Part shown: piece after piece, positions 7,592 through 15,705 of the stretch
Numbering within the stretch: the first letter of the stretch is position 1
Layout of the letters: every line of letters begins with the position of its first letter
Source: Pseudomonas aeruginosa
Lineage (GTDB): Bacteria > Pseudomonadota > Gammaproteobacteria > Pseudomonadales > Pseudomonadaceae
Reading direction: 5' to 3'
Assembly (NCBI RefSeq): GCF_001457615.1
Contig: NZ_LN831024.1
Span: 930,001-962,000 of the forward strand
DNA: 32,000 bases
Notes under the pieces: model-generated
Told to the model about the DNA's origin: nothing
The model's input: the letters and a program-made list of their open reading frames with translations, nothing else
Database searches by the model: none
Made by a program: the position numbers and the translations under genes

Positions 7592-9079
7592 ATGAGTATT
7601 GCCATCGACCCGTCCGTCAGCGCCTTCTTGCGCAGTCCCCATGGCCTGCTGATCGACGGTGAGTCCGGGCCGGCGCGTTCCGGCGCCGACATGCCGCTGT
7701 ACGACCCGGCGACCGGCGCCGAGCTGGCTCGCGTGGCCCGCGCCGGCGCCGAAGACGTCGATCGGGCGGTCGCTGCCGCGCGGCGCGCGTTCGAAGGCAA
7801 CTGGGCAGGCCAGCGCCCGGCCGATCGCGAGCGCCTGCTGCTGCGACTGGCGGAACGGGTCGAGGCGCATGGCGAGCAACTGGCGCAGTTGGAAACCCTG
7901 AACAACGGCAAGTCGATCAACCTGTCGCGGGCCCTGGAGGTCGGCGCCTCGGTGGAGTTCATCCGCTACATGGCCGGCTGGGCGACCAAGATCGAGGGTC
8001 GCAGCCTCGACCTGTCGATCGCCGCGGTCCCAGGCGCGCGCTACCGGGCCTACACGGTGCCGGAGCCGGTGGGCGTGGTCGGAGCCATCGTGCCGTGGAA
8101 TTTCCCCTTGCTGATGGCGATCTGGAAGATCGTCCCGGCCCTGGCCTGCGGCTGCACCGTGGTCCTCAAGCCGGCCGACGAAACCCCGCTGACCGCCCTG
8201 CGCCTCGGCCAGTTGTGCCTGGAGGCGGGGATTCCGCCAGGAGTGGTGAACATCGTCACCGGCACGGGCGCCGAGGCCGGCGCGGCACTGGCGGCGCACC
8301 CGGGCATCGACAAGCTGGCGTTCACCGGCTCGACCCCGGTGGGCAAGCTGATCGGGCATGCGGCGGTGGAGAACATGACGCGTTTTTCCCTCGAACTCGG
8401 CGGCAAATCCCCGGTGATCATCCTCGATGACACCAGCCTGGACATGGCTGCCGCCGGTTCCGCCGGCGCGATCTTCTTCAACCAGGGGCAGGTCTGCACC
8501 GCTGGCTCGCGCCTCTATGTGCAGCGCAAGCGTTTCGACCAGGTGCTGGAGCGCCTGGTGGCCATCGCCGGCGACCTGAGCATCGGCCCCGGCCTGGATC
8601 CGACCACGCAGATCAACCCGCTGGTCTCGGCCAGGCAGCAGGAGCGGGTGCTGGGGATGATCGAAAGCGGGGTGGCCGAGGGCGCCAGCGTGGTCTGCGG
8701 TGGGGCGCGCCAGGGCGAGACGGGGTTCTACGTGCAGCCGACGATCCTTGCCGACGTCACCCCGGGGATGCAGGTGGTGCGCGAGGAAATCTTCGGGCCG
8801 GTGCTGGTGGCGACGCCCTTCGACGATCTCGACGAAGCGGTGCGCCTGGCCAACGACAGCATCTACGGGCTCGGTGCGAGCATCTGGTCCAACGACCTGC
8901 GCCAGGTCATGGACCTGGTACCCAGGATCAAGGCCGGCACGGTATGGGTGAACGCCCACAACCTGCTCGACCCGTCGATGCCGTTCGGCGGCTTCAAGCA
9001 GTCCGGCATCGGACGCGAGATGGGCCATGCGGCGATCGAGGCGTACACCGAGAACAAGTCGGTGTGCATCGCCTACTGA
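7592..9079 (+). CDS. NAD(P)-dependent aldehyde dehydrogenase, FeaB/PadA (phenylacetaldehyde dehydrogenase)-like
   Basis: 495 aa. GAGGAG at 7581-7586. ALDH motifs: VPWNFPL, ELGGKSP, FFNQGQVCTAGSR (catalytic Cys), EEIFGPV, PFGGFKQSGIGRE. The N- and C-termini (LAQLETLNNGKSI ... TENKSVCIAY) resemble E. coli FeaB as I remember it. Confidence 0.93.
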   Translation: MSIAIDPSVSAFLRSPHGLLIDGESGPARSGADMPLYDPATGAELARVARAGAEDVDRAVAAARRAFEGNWAGQRPADRERLLLRLAERVEAHGEQLAQLETLNNGKSINLSRALEVGASVEFIRYMAGWATKIEGRSLDLSIAAVPGARYRAYTVPEPVGVVGAIVPWNFPLLMAIWKIVPALACGCTVVLKPADETPLTALRLGQLCLEAGIPPGVVNIVTGTGAEAGAALAAHPGIDKLAFTGSTPVGKLIGHAAVENMTRFSLELGGKSPVIILDDTSLDMAAAGSAGAIFFNQGQVCTAGSRLYVQRKRFDQVLERLVAIAGDLSIGPGLDPTTQINPLVSARQQERVLGMIESGVAEGASVVCGGARQGETGFYVQPTILADVTPGMQVVREEIFGPVLVATPFDDLDEAVRLANDSIYGLGASIWSNDLRQVMDLVPRIKAGTVWVNAHNLLDPSMPFGGFKQSGIGREMGHAAIEAYTENKSVCIAY

Positions 9080-9095
9080 TATCGATGAATCGGGG

Positions 9096-9117
9096 GAGCC
9101 GATTCGTTCGGCTCTTT
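9096..9117 (+). terminator. Weak hairpin GAGCCGA-TTCGT-TCGGCTC followed by TTT, after the aldehyde dehydrogenase gene
   Basis: 7-bp stem and a short T-run, read from the sequence. It could be only a partial terminator or attenuator, since the permease follows on the same strand. Confidence 0.3.
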
Positions 9118-9227
9118 CGCTGCCCTCCGCGGCAGCCTTTTGTTCGACACGCCTCGCCTGCCGGCGGAGCGTACGGGACGCCGGTGCGTCCCGCAGGGCG
9201 CCTGGCGCGCCCTGGCAGGGCCTGACG

Positions 9228-9246
9228 CAAGAACAACAACAGCAAC
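9228..9246 (+). promoter_or_regulatory. CA-rich (ARN)n tract CAAGAACAACAACAGCAAC, 22-40 nt upstream of the permease ATG. Candidate Hfq/Crc catabolite-repression site.
   Basis: Matches the AAnAAnAA-type A-rich motif known for Pseudomonas Hfq/Crc targets. It lies just upstream of the SD GAGGA (9256-9260). Confidence 0.35.
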
Positions 9247-9267
9247 GCTGCCGTCGAGGATACGTCG

Positions 9268-10758
9268 ATGTCCAATTCCAGACTCACCCAGCACCTGCTC
9301 CGCGGGCGGGTTGGTTTCCCCACCGCCCTGGCCAGTTCGGTCGGGTTGATCATGGCCAGCCCGGTGATCCTCACCGCCACCACCGGCTTCGGCCTGGGCG
9401 GCGGAACCTTCGCCGTGGCGATGCTGGTGGCGCTGCTGCTGATGCTGGCGCAATCCACCACCTTCGCCGAGGCCGCTTGCCTGCTGCCGACCCGTGGCTC
9501 GGTCTACGACTACCTGTCGTGCGGCCTCGGGCGCTTCTTCGCGATCACCGGCACGCTGTCGGCCTACCTGATCGTCCATGTGTTCGCCGGCACCGCCGAG
9601 ACCATGCTCAGCGGCACCATGGCGCTGGTCAACTTCGAGTCGCTGAATACCCTCACCGAGCCGGGCGGCAGCGCCTGGCTGGTGGGCGTCGGCATGGTGC
9701 TCTGCTTCGGCCTGCTGAATGCGCTGGGGATCACCGCCTTCGGTCGCGCCGAAGTGATCCTCACCTTCGGCATGTGGAGCACCCTGATGATCTTCGCCGT
9801 GGCCGGCCTGTTGCGCCTGCCCGCGGTGGAGTTGCAGGGCTGGTTCGGGGCCTCGATGGTCGGCGACGACCTGCCGACCCTGCTGTCGCTGGTGGGCATG
9901 GCGATGTTCATGTTCGTCGGTTGCGAATTCGTCACGCCGCTGGCGCCGGAGGTGCGCCACGCTTCGCGGACCCTGCCGCGGGCGATGGCCCTGGGGTTGA
10001 TCGGGGTGGCCTGCTGCATGTTCCTCTATGGCGCGGCGATGCGCCGGCAGGTGGAAAACCTCGACCTCGGCGGCGGCCTGCACCTGCTGGAGACGCCGAT
10101 GGCGATCCCGCGATTCGCCGAGCAGGTGATGGGACCGTTCGGACGCATCTGGCTGGGCGTGGGCCTGCTGTTCGCCGGGGCCGCCACCATCAACACCCTG
10201 ATGGCCGGCCTGCCGCGGATTCTCTACGGGATGGCGCTGGATGGCGCCTTGCCGAAGGCCTTCACCTACCTGCACCCGCGCTTCAAGACACCGTTGCTGT
10301 GCATCGCCGTGGCAGCGGCGATTCCCTGCCTGCACGCCTGGTGGCTGGGCGGCGACAGCGAAGGGATCATCCACCTGGTCCTGGCTGCGGTCTGCGCCTG
10401 GGGCACCGCCTACCTGCTGGTGACCCTCTCCGTGGTGCTGCTGCGCATCCGTCGCCCGGACCTGCCGCGCGCCTACCGCTCGCCGCTGTTCCCGTTGCCG
10501 CAGCTATTCTCCAGCGCCGGAATCCTGCTGGGGATGTTCTACATCACGCCGCCGGGGATGAACCCCGTCGACATCTACCTGCCGTTCGCCCTGATGCTCG
10601 GCCTGGCGGCCGCCTACGCCCTGTTCTGGACCCTGTGCGTAAAGCGGGTGAATCCGTTCCGTCCGCTGGCGGTGGAAGAGGTGCTGGAGAAGGAATTCGC
10701 CGAAGAGGACCAGCAGCAGCGGGAGAGGGCGCATGTCCGCCTGGGCGCGCTGGTATGA
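9268..10758 (+). CDS. APC-superfamily amino acid/amine permease (about 12 TM)
   Basis: 496-aa highly hydrophobic ORF with GC3-rich codons. SD GAGGA lies upstream. The overall pattern is typical of amino acid/polyamine/organocation transporters. Confidence 0.88.
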   Translation: MSNSRLTQHLLRGRVGFPTALASSVGLIMASPVILTATTGFGLGGGTFAVAMLVALLLMLAQSTTFAEAACLLPTRGSVYDYLSCGLGRFFAITGTLSAYLIVHVFAGTAETMLSGTMALVNFESLNTLTEPGGSAWLVGVGMVLCFGLLNALGITAFGRAEVILTFGMWSTLMIFAVAGLLRLPAVELQGWFGASMVGDDLPTLLSLVGMAMFMFVGCEFVTPLAPEVRHASRTLPRAMALGLIGVACCMFLYGAAMRRQVENLDLGGGLHLLETPMAIPRFAEQVMGPFGRIWLGVGLLFAGAATINTLMAGLPRILYGMALDGALPKAFTYLHPRFKTPLLCIAVAAAIPCLHAWWLGGDSEGIIHLVLAAVCAWGTAYLLVTLSVVLLRIRRPDLPRAYRSPLFPLPQLFSSAGILLGMFYITPPGMNPVDIYLPFALMLGLAAAYALFWTLCVKRVNPFRPLAVEEVLEKEFAEEDQQQRERAHVRLGALV

Positions 10759-11311
10759 GCGTAACTGGCGCGACTGGCGGCCAGCCGCCTATCGCCCCGG
10801 AGCCACCCTGGCCCTGGTGCGGCGCAACCTGGCTGCGTGCGACGGCGAGGCGCAGGACGGCAGGCTGTTGCTGCGTACGAAAAAGCTGAGCCTCGAGGTT
10901 CGCGAGCGGGTCCAGGCGCACCTGTTCATGCATATCGTCAGCACCGAGTTCAGCCTGTTCGTGGCGGCGCCCGGGGGGCCGCCGGCCAGCCTGGAGCTGC
11001 GTCACGCCGGTTGTTTGCGGCGTCGCGGCATCCTTTGCAAGGTACGCAGCGGGAGCGGGCTCGAGCCGTTGCGGGAGGCCTTGCAGGGGGGCGACCGGGT
11101 CTTGCTGGAGCAGCTCATGCCGCTGGACTTCCGGAGTTTGCGCCTCTGCCGCGACGACAGGGGCTGGACCGTGAGCCTGGAACACCTGGGGGCGTGCGAG
11201 GTGGTCAACCGCTTCCCCGCCTATCGCCGCTACATCCCTCTGGTCGCCGAGCAGCGCCTGGCCCTGCTGGGCGCCTTCGTCCAATTGCAGCGCCTGCTTT
11301 CTCCCGCCTGA
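10733..11311 (+). CDS. Hypothetical protein (192 aa), translationally coupled to the permease
   Basis: ATG at 10733 with GGGAGAGGG at 10721-10729. It overlaps the permease 3' end by 26 nt. Codon usage is GC3-rich. I recognise no motifs. Confidence 0.65.
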   Translation: MSAWARWYERNWRDWRPAAYRPGATLALVRRNLAACDGEAQDGRLLLRTKKLSLEVRERVQAHLFMHIVSTEFSLFVAAPGGPPASLELRHAGCLRRRGILCKVRSGSGLEPLREALQGGDRVLLEQLMPLDFRSLRLCRDDRGWTVSLEHLGACEVVNRFPAYRRYIPLVAEQRLALLGAFVQLQRLLSPA

Positions 11312-11471
11312 ACGGCCCTTGCCGGCTCTCCCGGATGCGTATCCGCCGGTCCATTTGCGCTAGCTTGTGGGTATATCGATAACATGTTAATCATATCGGC
11401 AGCGCTGCGTGGCTCGGTAATTGCCGCGCCATACAACAATAACGATGGCCGTTGCCGTCAGGAGGTGCCCG

Positions 11472-12422
11472 GTGCATACCCTGTCTTCCGCACACAACAG
11501 CTTCGAAGCCTGGAACCAGGCGTTGCGCCAGGTCTGCGGGCGCTTCGAGTCGCAGCCCGCGCTGAACCGGACGCTGTTCATCGGCGATATCTCGCGGCAG
11601 GACCTCGGCGGTCTGGAGTTGGCGCAGATCCGCACCAACGCAGGGCGCATCGCCCGCCAGGCCACCCATGCCGATCATGACGACGACCGCCACTGCTTCC
11701 TGGTCGTCCAGCGCAGCGGCCATGCGCAACTGCGCCAGGGTGGGGACAGCATAGAGCTGGCGCCAGGGGAAATGGCGCTGATGGACTCCGCGGGCGGCTG
11801 CGAGATCATTCCCCACGGACTCATCGAACACACCTCGTTCCATCTCTCCCGCGAAGAGGTATGCCGGCACCTGCCACCCAGCCAGCGGGCCTTCGGCAAA
11901 CTCTCGCCGAACTGCGCCAGCGGTCGCCTGCTGAGCCTGCTGGTGCAGCAGGTGTGCGCCGGAGAACTGCAGCCGTGGGCGGTGGCGGACGAGGGCGGGG
12001 CGTTGCAGGAGGCGCTGATCGCCCTGCTCGGGCCGGCGCTACAGCACGCCGGCGAGGAATTGGAGGGACCGCTGGCCGGGCTCTATGGCTACAGTCTGCG
12101 CCGGCACGCGGAGCGTCTGATCGAGCAATCCCTGCAGGAGCCGCGCCTGAGTCCGGACATGCTCGCCGGCCGCCTGCGCATCTCGGTGCGCCAGTTGTAC
12201 CGGTTGTTCGAGGAGCAGGGCGACAGCGTCTGCCGCTACATTCTCCGCCAGCGCCTCAGCCGCAGCGCCGCCGACCTCGGCAACCCACGGCTGCGCGGCG
12301 AATCGATCACCTCCATCGCCTTCAAGTGGGGTTTCAGCGACTCGGCGCATTTCAGCCGGGCGTTCAAGAAGCAGTTCGAGGTTTCGCCCAAGGACTATCG
12401 GGCCGGCGCGCTACCGGCCTGA
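11472..12422 (+). CDS. AraC/XylS-family transcriptional regulator, FeaR-like
   Basis: C-terminal AraC HTH (SITSIAFKWGFSDSAHFSRAFKKQFEVSPKDYR). The N-terminus SFEAWNQALRQVCGRF resembles E. coli FeaR (FQQWLSQINQVCGNF). GTG at 11472 has AGGAGG at 11460-11465. Alternative starts are ATG 11445 and TTG 11421. Confidence 0.88.
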   Translation: MHTLSSAHNSFEAWNQALRQVCGRFESQPALNRTLFIGDISRQDLGGLELAQIRTNAGRIARQATHADHDDDRHCFLVVQRSGHAQLRQGGDSIELAPGEMALMDSAGGCEIIPHGLIEHTSFHLSREEVCRHLPPSQRAFGKLSPNCASGRLLSLLVQQVCAGELQPWAVADEGGALQEALIALLGPALQHAGEELEGPLAGLYGYSLRRHAERLIEQSLQEPRLSPDMLAGRLRISVRQLYRLFEEQGDSVCRYILRQRLSRSAADLGNPRLRGESITSIAFKWGFSDSAHFSRAFKKQFEVSPKDYRAGALPA

Positions 12423-12690
12423 CGCCGCCGCGCGCTGCCATTCGTCCCGCCGATCCGCGCCGCAGGCGGAGCTGGCCCGGTGAATGCTTGACGCTTCACC
12501 GGAGGCACAGCAAGAATGCGGCGTGTCAGGTTGCATGAAAATAACGGCGGCGCTGTCCGGGGTACCTGCCGCGACAAGCAGCACCCGATGCCCGCACCTT
12601 TCATGTCGCCAGCGAGGCGCAGGATGTCATTGCCTTGGGGCGTGCGCCGCGTCGCTATTCACTATCAGATTTCGAGTGCCCCCCTACACC

Positions 12691-13575
12691 ATGCGAATGC
12701 GCCTGATGCTTTTGGGCGGCGGTAATGCCCTTGGACAGGCGCTGATCCGCCTAGGGGCGGAGGAAGACATCGGTTTCCTCGCGCCCAGACCACCCGAGCA
12801 GGGCTGGGATGCCGCCAGCCTCACCACCCTGCTGGACGAAACGCGCCCCGACGCGGTGATCAACCTCGCCTTCTACCACGACTGGTTCCAGGCCGAGCAG
12901 GTCGAGGCGGAGCGCCTGGGCGCCCAGGAGCGCGCCGTCGAGCGCCTCGCGGAGCTCTGCCAGCACTACGAGATTCTGCTGGTCCAGCCGTCCAGCTACC
13001 GGGTCTTCGACGGCGCCCGCGCCACCGCCTACAGCGAGAAGGACGAGCCCCTTCCGCTGGGCCTGCGTGGCCAGGCGCTCTGGCGCATGGAGCAGAGCGT
13101 GCGCGCGGCCTGCCCGCGACATGTGCTGATCCGCTTCGGCTGGCTGCTGGACGAAAGCCCGAACGGCTTGCTGGGACGTTTCCTCAGCCGCGCCGAGCAA
13201 CCGCAGCCGCTGTTCCTCGCCGACGACCGGCGCGGCAACCCGACGCCGGTGGACGACGCCGCGCGGGTGGTGCTCTCGGTGCTCAAGCAGCTCGACTGCC
13301 AGGCGCCGCTGTGGGGCACCTACCACTACGGCGGACTGGAAGCGACCACCACCCTGGCGCTGGGGCAGGTGATCCTCAACGAGGCGCGTACCTATCGCTC
13401 CAACCTGATCCAGGAGCCTTCGGCGGAGGCCCATGCCGCGCGTCCGGACGCGCTCGACGAGCCGCAGCACGCGGTGATGGTCTGCAAGAAGATCCTCCAC
13501 ACCTTCGGCATCAAGCCGCGCGCCTGGCGCGCAGGTTTGCCGGCTCTATTGGACAGGTACTACAGGCATGTTTGA
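12691..13575 (+). CDS. RmlD-like (dTDP-4-dehydrorhamnose reductase-fold) sugar-nucleotide-binding protein
   Basis: MRMRLMLLGGGNALGQALIRL is an N-terminal Rossmann-like motif. 294 aa. The upstream part of the track ORF (12484-12690) has poor coding character. The 3' end overlaps the epimerase start by 8 nt. Confidence 0.7.
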   Translation: MRMRLMLLGGGNALGQALIRLGAEEDIGFLAPRPPEQGWDAASLTTLLDETRPDAVINLAFYHDWFQAEQVEAERLGAQERAVERLAELCQHYEILLVQPSSYRVFDGARATAYSEKDEPLPLGLRGQALWRMEQSVRAACPRHVLIRFGWLLDESPNGLLGRFLSRAEQPQPLFLADDRRGNPTPVDDAARVVLSVLKQLDCQAPLWGTYHYGGLEATTTLALGQVILNEARTYRSNLIQEPSAEAHAARPDALDEPQHAVMVCKKILHTFGIKPRAWRAGLPALLDRYYRHV

Positions 13576-14497
13576 ACGCCCCATCCTGATCACTGGCGGC
13601 GCCGGTTTCATCGGCTCCCACCTGACCGACGCGCTGCTGGCGCGCGGCTACCGCGTGCGTGTGCTGGACAACCTGTCCACCGGCAAGCGCGACAACCTGC
13701 CCCTGGACGACGAACGGGTAGAGCTGCTCGAAGGCGACGCCGCCGACGCGGCGACCCTGGCGGCCGCCCTGAAGGGCTGCGCGGCGGTTGCCCACCTGGC
13801 CGCGGTCGCCTCGGTACAGGCCTCGGTGGACGACCCGGTCGCCACCCACCAGAGCAATTTCATCGCCACCCTGAACCTCTGCGAAGCGATGCGCGAGCAG
13901 GGCGTGAAGCGCGTGGTGTTCGCTTCCAGCGCAGCGGTCTACGGGCAGAACGGCGAAGGCACGGCGATCGACGAAGACACCCCGAAGTCGCCGCTGACGC
14001 CCTACGCGTCGGACAAGCTGGCCAGCGAGTACTACCTCGATTTCTATCGCCGCCAGCATGGGCTGGAGCCGGCGATCTTCCGCTTCTTCAACGTCTACGG
14101 GCCGCGCCAGGACCCGTCCTCGCCCTATTCCGGGGTGATCAGCATATTCACCGAGCGCGCCCTGAAGGGGACGCCGATCACCGTGTTCGGCGACGGCGAG
14201 CAGACCCGCGACTTCATCTACGTCGCCGACCTGGTCGATTTCCTGGTCCAGGCGCTGGAGGCGACGGCGGTGGAGCCCGGGGCGGTGAACGTCGGCCTGA
14301 ATCGCAGCATCAGCCTGAAGCAGTTGCTGGCGGAGATCGGCCAGGTGCTCGGTGGCCTGCCGCCGGTGACCCACGCCGACGCGCGAGCCGGTGACATCAG
14401 GCATTCGCGGGCGAACAACGAGCGCCTGCTGCGGCGTTTCCGCTTCGACCAGCCGACGCCGATGGACGTGGGGCTGGCGCGCCTGCTCGGCCGCTGA
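13568..14497 (+). CDS. NAD-dependent epimerase/dehydratase (UDP-glucose 4-epimerase-like extended SDR)
   Basis: ILITGGAGFIGSHL (GxxGxxG), YASDKLASE (YxxxK), FNVYGPRQ. 309 aa. Confidence 0.92.
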   Translation: MFERPILITGGAGFIGSHLTDALLARGYRVRVLDNLSTGKRDNLPLDDERVELLEGDAADAATLAAALKGCAAVAHLAAVASVQASVDDPVATHQSNFIATLNLCEAMREQGVKRVVFASSAAVYGQNGEGTAIDEDTPKSPLTPYASDKLASEYYLDFYRRQHGLEPAIFRFFNVYGPRQDPSSPYSGVISIFTERALKGTPITVFGDGEQTRDFIYVADLVDFLVQALEATAVEPGAVNVGLNRSISLKQLLAEIGQVLGGLPPVTHADARAGDIRHSRANNERLLRRFRFDQPTPMDVGLARLLGR

Positions 14498-14854
14498 TCA
14501 CCACCAGGGCTTGTTCAGCGCCAGGTAGAAGATCCCGCCCAGCAGGGCGAGGCTGAGGACGCTGAGCAGGCCCTTGCCGGGGCCCCGCGCCATCCGCAGG
14601 GCGAACGCCGCGCAGACGATGTAGCCCAGCAACAGCCCCAGCTTCGCCAGCAGCCAGAGCGGCAGCGGCCAGGGCATCGCCAAGTGCACCAGGCCGAGCG
14701 CGCTGAGCAGCAGCAGGGTGTCCACCAGGTGCGGTCCCCAGCGGCGGATGCCGCTGGCCTTGCGCCCCGACCAGTTCCAGGCCAGGCGCCAGACGAACAG
14801 GGCGGCGCTGCTGAGGGCGAAGGTGATGTGCAGGGTCTTCAGCCAGAGGTACAT
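14498..14854 (-). CDS. SirB2/YchQ-family small inner-membrane protein
   Basis: 118 aa, 4 predicted TM, GC3-rich codons. KTLHITFALSSAALFVWR and PHLVDTLLLLSA resemble the SirB2 family signature as I remember it. Its stop codon directly abuts the epimerase stop codon. Confidence 0.7.
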   Translation of the reverse strand: MYLWLKTLHITFALSSAALFVWRLAWNWSGRKASGIRRWGPHLVDTLLLLSALGLVHLAMPWPLPLWLLAKLGLLLGYIVCAAFALRMARGPGKGLLSVLSLALLGGIFYLALNKPWW

Positions 14855-14874
14855 GGGCCCGTTTCCGCAGGATG

Positions 14875-14903
14875 AGAAAAGGCGCCCGAAGGCGCCTTTT
14901 TCC
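14875..14903 (-). terminator. Rho-independent terminator downstream of oprG (AAAAGGCGCC-CGAA-GGCGCCTTTTT on the plus strand; symmetric, so possibly bidirectional)
   Basis: Perfect GC-rich stem with A/T tracts on both sides, about 35 nt after the oprG stop codon. Confidence 0.8.
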
Positions 14904-14936
14904 GTTGGGGGCGCAAGCCCCGCGACAGTCTACGAC

Positions 14937-15635
14937 TCAGAACTTGTAGCCGAAACCGATCATGTAGACCCACGGATCGACGTCCACGTCGACCTTGGTC
15001 TTGTTCACGCCCAGGGCGCTCGGGCCGTTGATGCTGGCCTTGGTGTCGATGTCCATGTACCAGACGGCCATGTTGAACAGCGCGTGCTCGTTGAGCATGT
15101 AGTCGAAGCCCAGTTCGCCGGCCAGGCCCCAGGAGTCCTGCAGCTTCATGCTGCTGAAACCCTGCGCCTTGCGGTTGCTGGCGAGGTCTTCGTCGAAGAA
15201 GGTGGTGTAGTTCACGCCCAGGCCGCCGTAGGGCTGGAAGGCGCTGTTGGTACCGCCCATGGGGTAGTACTGGAGCAGCAGGGTCGGCGGCAGTTGCTTG
15301 ATGTCGGCCAGCTTGCCGTCCAGGCCCGGGCCGAGGCCCTTGACGTCGACCTGGTGGTTGAACGGAGTGGCGGCGACCAGTTCCACGCCCCACTTGTCGG
15401 CGAACATGTAGGTGAAGGTCAGGCCGAGCTGGGTGTCGCTGTCGACAGTCGCCTTGGTACCGCGCTGCTTGGCGCCGTCCAGCTTGATGTCGGAACTGCT
15501 GTCGTCGGGATCGACGGTGGCGAAGCCGCCACGGATGATGAAGTCACCGGCCTTGTGTCCTTGAATATCCGCAGCGGCGAACGGGGAGGCGACGGTGAGG
15601 GCCAGCAGGGAAGCGGTAAGCCAGGACTTACGCAT
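14937..15635 (-). CDS. oprG: Outer membrane protein OprG (OmpW family)
   Basis: MRKSWLTASLLALTVASPFAAADIQGHKAGDFIIRGG ... YMIGFGYKF: signal peptide, beta-barrel pattern and a C-terminal aromatic residue. 232 aa from ATG 15635, with GGAG 6 nt upstream. Confidence 0.93.
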   Translation of the reverse strand: MRKSWLTASLLALTVASPFAAADIQGHKAGDFIIRGGFATVDPDDSSSDIKLDGAKQRGTKATVDSDTQLGLTFTYMFADKWGVELVAATPFNHQVDVKGLGPGLDGKLADIKQLPPTLLLQYYPMGGTNSAFQPYGGLGVNYTTFFDEDLASNRKAQGFSSMKLQDSWGLAGELGFDYMLNEHALFNMAVWYMDIDTKASINGPSALGVNKTKVDVDVDPWVYMIGFGYKF

Positions 15636-15705
15636 GATGAGCTCCATTCCTTGTATTAGAAAGTGTTGGTGCTGCTAATGGTCAGCCAGCTAACAGTTGC
15701 CTTCC

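Noticed and set aside
7364-9028. Upstream 555 codons of the 777-aa minus-strand ORF (6695-9028)
   Set aside because: Only the last 222 codons (from ATG 7363) form a coherent LuxR-type protein. The remainder is antisense to the well-supported aldehyde dehydrogenase gene and has artefact-like composition.
9027-10889. 620-aa plus-strand and 433-aa minus-strand (9073-10374) ORFs overlapping the permease gene
   Set aside because: They are alternative-frame or antisense artefacts. The frame starting at 9268 gives a coherent 12-TM hydrophobic transporter, while these give Arg/Pro/Gly-rich sequence.
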